A stretch of DNA of 64,000 bases. It comes from Anthoceros angustus. Its lineage: Eukaryota; Plantae; Anthocerotophyta. A program made the position numbers and the translations under genes. Within the stretch, counting starts at the first letter, position 1, and each line of letters starts with the position of its first letter. The notes beneath the pieces were generated by a model. That model ran no database searches. It was not told where the DNA came from and saw only the letters and a list, made by a program, of their open reading frames with translations. This document shows positions 55,659-64,000 of the stretch, piece after piece. The stretch spans positions 748,247 to 812,246 of the forward strand of contig MU008187.1 of assembly GCA_010909165.1 (NCBI GenBank), given 5' to 3'.

Positions 55659-58600
55659 ATGACCGCAGTATTGCAACCGGACCCGTTGTGGACCCAACAA
55701 ATTGGTTTGTGTACAGGGATTCTACGAGAAGCTCCCGCTCACCTCACGTCAGGGAGTAAATCCCGGGAAAACAACCAAGCCTCCAGGTGCAGCAGTGTAA
55801 GGAGCCCAGCACTTCCACTTCCGAAAAAATGTGTGGGCGGGGACGGATTTTCCACCTCCGGTCGTCACCGGGAGCAGGAGCACTTGTGGCAACAATTTTT
55901 TCTGGACCCTGCCATGTGGTGGGATAACAGGCGAGATAAAAAGAGCTCCCGTTCGCCTGACTTCCGGCGTAAGGGGTCTGGCGAGGTCCTGTGGTTAAAC
56001 AGCATGCTCAAGCCAGCTTGGGTTGATGAGCAGCTCATTTCTTTGGATGTGCAGATGAGTTATGGTGCCTCTCCTTCCAAGTCGAGCTCTCTGGATAAGC
56101 CTGAACCTGGCAGGCATGCAGGATCGGAAATGGGCGTCGTAACAGCTATCACCCTGAGCACGTTATGTGAGCAGGGGAAGCTTTCTGAGGTGGTTGGAGC
56201 ACTGGAATCTCTGGCGCAGACAGATTCTGCTATTTCTCTGTCCCTGTTTTGCACCGTGCTAAAACTGTGTGCCGCTAAGAAGGATCTGGTTGTGGGGCGA
56301 CGAGTTCATGACCTCATTGTCAAACTTGGGTACGAGTCCGACGCATACTTGGGGAGCCATATCTTGCGCATGTATTCTTGTGGAGGTAGGCTAGAGGAGG
56401 CCATGGATGTGTTCACCATGCTGGGCAAACCAAATGTCTTCATGTGGTTTTCCATCATTTCTGCATATGCTAAGCATGGGAAACCTTATGAGGCCATACA
56501 GCTGTACCATGAGATGCGTAGGTCAGGAGTGAAGGCGGATGCTCACGTCTTTGTAGCTGCCCTTCAAGCTTGTGCATTTGCTGCCGACTTGGAATCTGGC
56601 CGAAAAGTGCACTGTGATGTGTTGCAGAGTGGCATTCCTCCTGACTTGTTTGTTGGCAACTCCCTGGTCAACATGTATGCAAAATGTGGCGAACTGATGC
56701 ACGCCAGGTTTTGACAGCTACAAAGGATGTGGTGACATGGAATGCCCTGATTGCTGGGTATGCACAGCAAGGCTCAGAGGCGCTTGTTATGGACAAATGG
56801 AGCAGGAGGGCCTCATTTTGGCTGACCATGTTACTTTTGCTTGCCTTCTGAAGGCTTGTGCGAGCACTGGTGCCATACAGAAGGGCCGGCAGCTGCACTC
56901 GGAGATTGTGGAAGAGGACTGCTGGATATAGTGGGCAACTGCCTGGTGGACATGTATGCAAAATGTGGTGAACTGGAAGATGCACGCCAGGTTTTGACAG
57001 CTTGGCCACAAAGGATGTGGTGACATGGAATGCCCTGATTGCTGGGTATGCACAGCAAGGACTCGGCCAAGAGGCGCTTGTTCTGTATGGACAAATGGAG
57101 GAGGGCCTGGCTGACCATGTTGTTACTTTTGCTTGCCTTCTGAAGGCCTGTGCAAGCACTGGTGCCTTACAGAAGGGCAGGCAGCTGCACTCACAGATTG
57201 TGGAAGAGGACTGCTGGATAACATAGTGTTGGGCAACTGCCTGGTGGACATGTATGCAAAATGTGGTGAACTGGAAGATGCACGCCAGGTTTTTGACAGC
57301 TTGGCCACAAAGGATGTGGTGACATGGAATGCCCTGATGCTGCTGCAGCAAGGCTCACAAGAGGCGCTTGTTCTGTATGGACAAATGGAGGAGGGCCTGT
57401 GGCTGAATGATGTTACTTTTTGCCTTCTGAAGGCCTGTGCAAGCACTGGTGCCTTACAGGGCAGGCAGCTGCACTCACAGATTGTGGAAGAGGACTGCTG
57501 GATAACGTAGTGTTGGGCACCTGGTGGACATGTATGCAAAATGTGGTGAACTGGAGATGCACAGGTTTTGACAGCTTGGACAAAGGATGTGGTGACATGG
57601 AATGCCCTGATAGCTGGGTATGCAAGGACTCGGCCAAGAGGCGCTTCTGTATGGACAAATGGAGCAAGAGGGCCTCATTTTGGCTGACCATGTTACTTGC
57701 CTTCTGAAGGCCTGTGCAAGCACTGGTGCCTTACAGAAGGGCAGGCAGCTGCACTCAGATTGTGGAAAAGACTGCTGGATAACAGTGTTGGGCAACTGCC
57801 TGGTGGACATGTATGCAAAATGTGGTGAACTGGAAGATGCACGCCAGGTTTTTGACAGCTTGGCCACAAAGAATGTGGTGACATGGAATGCACTGTTAGC
57901 TGGGTATGCACACCAAGGGCTCGGCCAGGAGGCGCTTGTTCTGTATGGACAAATGGAGCAAGATGGCCTGATTTTGGCTAACGAGATTACTTTCGCTTGC
58001 CTTCTGAAGGCTTGTGCAAGCACTGGTGCCTTACAGAAGGGCAGGCAGCTGCACTCGCAAATTGTTGAAAGAGGACTGCTGGCTAACGTAGTGTTGGGGA
58101 CCTGCCTAGTGGAGATGTACGCCAAATGTGGTGAACTGGAAGATGCGCGCCAGGTTTTTGAAACCTTGGCCACAAAGAATGTGGTGACATGGACGGCGCT
58201 GATAGATGGGTATGGTACTTGTGATGAAGGTCACAAAGCAGTAGCTTGTTTTGAAGAGATGTTGGTCGCTGGCATTCAGCCTGATGATACTACGTTTACT
58301 TGCCTTTTAGCAGCATGCAGTCATGAGGGGCTGGTTCACGAGGGTCGCAAACACTTTGATTCCATGGCTGAACAGCATGGCATCAAACCTACTATTCAGC
58401 ATTACGCTTGCATGGTTGATCTTCTTGCGCGTGCAGGCCATTTAGATGAGGCCGAGAACATGCTATTATCGTGTGAGGACCCAAACAATGTTGTGGGGTT
58501 AACATCGTTGCTGAATGCCTGCAAAAGTCACGGGGATATAGATAGGGCAACCCGTTGTTTTTCAAGTCTCGTGAAAGTGGAGCCTCAGAGTGCGTCGGCT

Positions 58601-59095
58601 TATGTGCTGATGGCCAATGCCTATGCGGATGCAGGAATGTGGACTGATGTAGAGAGGATTGAAAGAGAGAGAATGGTAGCAGGAGCTAACAAGAAACCTG
58701 CAGTGGCGACCATCGAGGTGAAGAAGGAGGTACATACATTTGTTGTGGGAGAAAACAGAGATGATATTGCGCTCAAGGTGGAGAGCATGAGTGCACGTCT
58801 GAAGCAGGAAGGAGGCCATGTGCCCCACACAAAGTTGGTGTTGAAGCCACTGGGTGAGAAGGAAAAGGAAGGTGTGCTCTGCGGGCATGCTGAGAAGCTA
58901 GCCCTGGCGTTTGGTCTCTTGGACACTCCGAGTGGCACACCTCTGGTGGTAACGAAGAATCTACGCATGTGTAGTGACTGCCACAGTTCGACCGAGATCA
59001 TGTCAAGGGTTGAAAAGAGAGACATTGTTGTAAGGGATGGGTACCGTGTGCATCGATTCGCAGCTGGTTGTTGCACTTGTAAGGGTAGACCGTGA
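55659..59095 (+). CDS. PDF-PLS-PPR-E-DYW:KP (GRP-type) protein, putative U-to-C editing factor; frameshifts confined to the central repeat array
   Basis: ORF 55659..56714 covers transit peptide, PDF and PPRs. ORF 57620..59095 covers PPRs, E1/E2, [26 protein letters not shown] and CTCKGRP*. Confidence 0.9.
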
Positions 59096-60344
59096 GAATA
59101 ATGAAGCACTAGCCAGTCCGCAGAAGGTGAACTGTAGCATGTGCGAGTGAGACGTCTTTCTAATGGGCGGTGAGCGCTGTAAGACAAAGCACTCCTCCAG
59201 TTTCGACAAGCACCCAACAGGGTAGTGCGCACTGCGCCAAACGGGAGCACTAGGCAATTTGCGTTTGATCTGATCAAGGTCGGTCAGCGTTGTGTGAGGT
59301 GAATATCTAGCACATTTTAAGCTGGAGAACGGAGGTGTGAATGTGCGGATGGTCTTCTTGATGATGATGAGGCTGAGCAACTTGAACGCGTCCACAACAA
59401 GCCCATGGTTCAGACGTGGAGTTTCGGGATAGGATAGCCATGAGATGATGCTCCTTTCCATCCCAGACTCGGTGAACTTGTTTCCCTCCTTTCCATCCCA
59501 GACTCGGTGAACTTGTTTCCCTCGCATGAAATGTCTCCGCCATGTGCCTCCAGTTCTACTTGGCGTCTTTTACGGCTACATCTGAGGCACACAATGTTTA
59601 TGCAATGCTATGCTATGCCACCTCTTGTGCCATCAATCACATTCGATAGTGAGATTACAGGCACAGTGAGAATGGTGAAGGTTCATTTAGGATTGCAGTT
59701 CTTAGTCCTAGCCGTAGAAGTGACTACCCATGGAAATCCGCTGGTCCTACCGTATGCATGAATTGATCGCATCGCATCTGGAAGATTCTCGAAAGCCAGC
59801 CCAACAGATTGTTTCTCTTGAATTTGGGAAGCCGGGCATGGCGTTTAAACTCTACCGAATTCTGGCAGTGTCCATTGCCCTCCCATACACCCTTCGTCTT
59901 CCATCGCAGCCTCCCGAATAAAAGGACTACACTACCATCCATGGTCGAGCACCAGAGTCCAAACGCGCAGGTGCAACCAGATTGCTGTCTGCAAGAAGGC
60001 TTTGTACATTTTGCTGGCTGCTTCAATCCTTCAATCTGGTCCGACCGCTAGGACTGCCCACGGGAGGAGGACATATTGGTCCACTTGGGAGCAATGGAGC
60101 CCAAGAACTCAGAGCATGCTGCTGTGGAGCGTGGAGAACTTCCAAGTGCCGATCCTGCACCTGCGAAGGATTCCACCGAGTCAAAAGAGGACGAGATTGC
60201 CGACGAGTCAGGTGGGAATGAGAATTCCGATCATGTTCTTGAAGCTAGGTAGCAGCAGCGGTCCAGTTGTAAGCACGCCAGTGTCCAACACCCTTTTCCT
60301 CACGCCTGTTGTGCCTGATTTCTGAACCGGAGCCATGCCTGTAA

Positions 60345-61082
60345 GTGAAGGAGCTCCCCGTTCTCCTCGCCCAGTTATTAATGTTGTGGCATTGTCGGCT
60401 CCTGAATACGGTAGATGTCAGACAGAGTCTCCTTGAGATTGCTGAAGAAACGAAGAACGTAGCACTGGAGGTTGGGCTTATGCTGTTTAACGACAGGTTC
60501 ACGGATCACGCACCGCCAAGTAATCCCCCCGATCTGACAGCCGGGGTCCATTTTGATGAAGGCGAGACGGACTTGCTCAGGGGAGCACTGACCAAGGAAG
60601 AGTTAGGAGTACCGGTGAACGACTTCTCAGCCGAAGAAAGTGAAGACATCGAGGAATTTCTGGCCCTGGAAAGGGGTATCGGCGGCCCGTCTGAAGAGAA
60701 AACTGGGAAGGTCGTGACGGGCTCCGCAGCGAAGCGACTAGCGAAAGCCTGCTCGGCAGTTTTGAACTCTGTGGCCTCTTCGCTGATGTCTCTGGCTTCT
60801 CACCTTCCTCAAAATGTCTCCGAATATCCACGCACGGCGGAGACGCTCGTGTCCAACTGCAGAGCGTTGAGCGATGCTGCGATCCAGCTTAAGCCCTATC
60901 TGGAAGGCGCCTCTCCTCCATCCCTTGATGTGGAACTGCTGGCAACCTGGGCCGCCGAGGTCGAGTATGAATTGGGAGAAGTAAGGGGTACGCGTTTCGG
61001 CGCTAAGGCAATTCACAGTGGAAAAGCTTTGTCGACCACATTGCCTCGTCTCCAGCAGATCTTGGTTGAACTCCAAGGCTAG
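60345..61082 (+). CDS. Hypothetical helical/acidic protein, probably the last exon of a spliced gene
   Basis: 245-codon open frame with protein-like composition; GTAAGT donor at about 60340 and TAG acceptor at about 60414. No family recognised. Confidence 0.4.
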   Translation: MKELPVLLAQLLMLWHCRLLNTVDVRQSLLEIAEETKNVALEVGLMLFNDRFTDHAPPSNPPDLTAGVHFDEGETDLLRGALTKEELGVPVNDFSAEESEDIEEFLALERGIGGPSEEKTGKVVTGSAAKRLAKACSAVLNSVASSLMSLASHLPQNVSEYPRTAETLVSNCRALSDAAIQLKPYLEGASPPSLDVELLATWAAEVEYELGEVRGTRFGAKAIHSGKALSTTLPRLQQILVELQG

Positions 61083-62133
61083 CTTCGGATATACATATCC
61101 AGGAATATTTGCCAGGTTTTCTTCTAATGGACCCCAGCCACCTGCGGTCCACGCCAGCTTTTGGTCTGTGCCCTCGGAAAGAGTTTAAGACCTAGCTTCC
61201 ATCGAGGCTCGAGGGCAACGGATCAAACACCTACTGTGCATCAGCCAAGTACGCTCGGACCCGACTTTGCCTCCTTGTGTTTCGAACTGTTATCCACAGG
61301 TCTATCAGCTAGAAGGCCTTGACATTCTTTGATTTGTACGTGAAATCTGCAATATGAGATGTCTTTGACATGTCAGAACCTTCGCTGATCTGGCCTTCGA
61401 GTAAAGCACCTTGTGAAATGTGTTCAACGTTAAGATTGAAGGCTCCCTGCGGATACCTAGCTGGCGTACCCTGCTTTCCGCATAAATATCCACCAACCTG
61501 GTAGCCTGCAGGGCTTTTGCGTTTCGTACCTCGGCAGCACTTTTCTTCTACCCTGACTCCAGAATGGCCTTCCAAAGCACCTTGTGAGATGTGTTCAACT
61601 GCCTTCATCTCTGCAAGTACCGTTGCACCTTGTTGCAGGGATGTTGGAGTTGTCTTGTCCGCAGACACCATGCGCTCCACAGCTATTAGCTGGCAGGACG
61701 ACACCTGATTCACTCTCACAGAATGGACTGGAGATGCCGAGACCAACATCGATCCTCGGGTGGAGTCCCGGAGCCCTGCAGGTTAGAGGATCTGCTTCCA
61801 CAACCACAAAACGAGAAGTTGCAGAACTTGCAATCCGCTCTCGTCTTGCCACAAGCTCAATCCGGCAAGCACAGCCCCAATTACACCAGATCTGAGCCAA
61901 ATTCTAGGCCTGCACCAGGCCCCCATCCCTGATCCGCATGACCCAGCCAGATAGCAACGAGTCCAGACCAGGCAGGCGCTGCACAATCTCAGTGTTATGG
62001 TAAGAGGTGCCGGGATTAGTGTTAGCCATTCATGTCCATGTCTCAGTTTGGACAGGAGTGGACCTTGCACTTCACCCCGAAAGCAATATTCTCCGGCATG
62101 CACACTTAAGCACTGGCAAGTTCTTCATTGTTC

Positions 62134-63557
62134 TCACGGTCGACCCTTACAACTGCAAAAACCAGCTGCGAATCGATGCACACGGTAACCATCCCTTACA
62201 ACAATGTCTCTCCCTTCAAGCCTTGACATGATCTCCGTGAAACTGTGGCAGTCACTGCACATGCGTAGATTCTTTGTTACTACCAGAGGTGTCCCACTCG
62301 GAGTGTTCAAGAGACCAAACGCCAGAGCTAGCTTCTCAGCATGCCCACACAGCTTCTTTTTCCTTCTCAGCCAGAGGCTTCAACACCAATTTTGTGTGAG
62401 GTACGTGGCCTCCTTCCTGCTTCACAAGTGCATTCGTGCTCTCCACCTTAAGCACAATATCATCTCTTCTTTCTCCCACCGCAAATGAATGTACCTGCTT
62501 CTTCACCTCAATGGTCGCCACTGCAGCTTTCTTGTTAACTCCTGCTACCATTCTCTGTGTTTCAATCGTCTCTCGTGGACCAGTCCCGCATGACTACATG
62601 CTACTAAAAGGCAAGTAAAAGTAGAATCATTCAGCTGAATACCGGAAGCTAACATCTCCTCAAAACAAGCGAGTGCCTTGAGGCCTTCATCACAAGTCCC
62701 ATACCCAGATATCAGGGCGGTCCATGTCACCACATTCTTTGTATTCATGCTGTCAAAAACTTGGCGTGCAGCGTCCAGTTCACCGCATTTTGCATACATG
62801 TCCACCAGGCAGGTGCCCACCACTACGTCATCCAGCAGTCCTCTTTCAACAATCTGCCAGTGTAGCTGCCTGCCCTTCTGTAAGGCACCAGTGCTGCCAG
62901 AGGCCTTCAGAAGGCAACCAAAAGTAACATGGTCAGCCAAGATGAGGCCCGCCTCCTTCATTTGTCCTTACACAACCAGCGCCTCTTGGCCGAGTCCTTG
63001 CTGTGCATACCCAGCAATCAGGGCGGTCCATGTCGTCACATCCTTCGTGGCCAAGCTCTCAAAAATCTGGCGAGCATCTTCCAGTTCACCACATTTTGCA
63101 TACATGTCCACCAGGCAGTTGCCCAACACTACGTCATCCAGCGGTCCTCTTTCGACAATCTGTGAGTGCAGCTGCCTGCCCTTCTGTAATGCACCAGTGC
63201 TCGCACAGGCCTTCAGAAGGCAAACAACCATAACATGGTTAGCCAAAATCAGGCGCTCCTGCTCCAATGTGCATACACAACAAGCGCTTCATTCCCAAGC
63301 CCTCGCTGTGCATGTATACCCAGCAATCAGGGCATTCCATGTCACCACATCCTTTGTGGCCAATCGTTTGAAAACCTGGCGTGCATCTTCCAGTTCCCCA
63401 CATTTTGCATACATGTTCACCAGGCAGTTGCCCAACAAGACGTCATCCAGCAGTCCTCATTTGGCAGTCTGTGAGTGCCGCTGCCTGCCCATCTGTAAGG
63501 CACCAGTGCCTGCACAGCCCTTCAGGAGGCAAGCAAAAGTAATATCGTTAGCCAGAA
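62134..63557 (-). pseudogene. Decayed PLS-PPR-DYW:KP (GRP) copy in inverted orientation
   Basis: PPR triplets 62575-63557 with an in-frame TAA replacing Tyr at about 62968, S2/E1/E2 deleted at about 62570, KAAVATIEV, and a GRP* end at 62134-62136. Confidence 0.85.
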
Positions 63558-64000
63558 GCTGTGGGTGAGCGATTGTGGTGCCCCGGACGGAACAGCGAGA
63601 CGGAGTTGCAGGCTAGTGAAGATTTGTCGGGAGGTTAACGGGATGCAGCGAGGAGGACAGGGGGTGGAGAAAGGCAAACAAGGAGGTGGTGGTAGACCTG
63701 TCGGAATCGGGAAGGGAGTGATGTGAGATTGACGGCAGGGCACCATGAACGACCGTCTCGCATAGCGGCCGATGCCTATCATCTCTGCCATGTTCTCCGA
63801 TGCGCATGTGGCATGATATCTGCCAAAGTTCTCCACCTGGGAGCATTGTGACTGGTGAACCAGTCCGTTTGGTACTCCCGCAATCGCTTGCTGCCGCTGA
63901 GGACTCTGGAGTTTCATATGCCAAGCCGGCCGCCGATTCCATGGTGGAATTGGCAGCTTGGTACCTCTACTCTGTTCTGCTGTTTTGCGTTGGCTGAGCG

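Overview
Eukaryotic nuclear DNA from an early land plant, most likely a hornwort (Anthoceros-like). This is inferred from GRP-ending DYW:KP and DYW:WW PPR proteins, TTTAGGG repeats, short introns and dense gene packing. About half the window is a cluster of organellar RNA-editing PLS-class PPR genes at about 2-19 kb, 26.7-28 kb and 52-63.5 kb. Most end in the KP/GRP deaminase variant (KPAVATIEV...HAEKLA...CSDC...CSCKGRP) associated with reverse U-to-C editing; one is a truncated WW type. The most striking feature is that every PPR gene with a visible N-terminus carries, between its putative transit peptide and PPR array, a ~50-aa module ([38 protein letters not shown]) matching the ssDNA-binding PDF motif of plant OSB proteins. 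The arrays are built from a near-identical 306-bp P-L-S triplet with recurrent swaps at the base-specifying residues. The middle of the window holds housekeeping genes (GMP synthase, AP-1 gamma, an ATL RING-H2 ligase, a type I metacaspase, an RluA-type pseudouridine synthase, TRAPPC2L), an interstitial telomeric array and decayed CRE-like and Copia retroelements. Caveat: the repetitive parts show many homopolymer 1-bp deletions and microhomology-joined mosaics, so some frameshifts, copy numbers and junctions are probably long-read consensus artefacts. All homology calls come from motif recognition; no searches were run.
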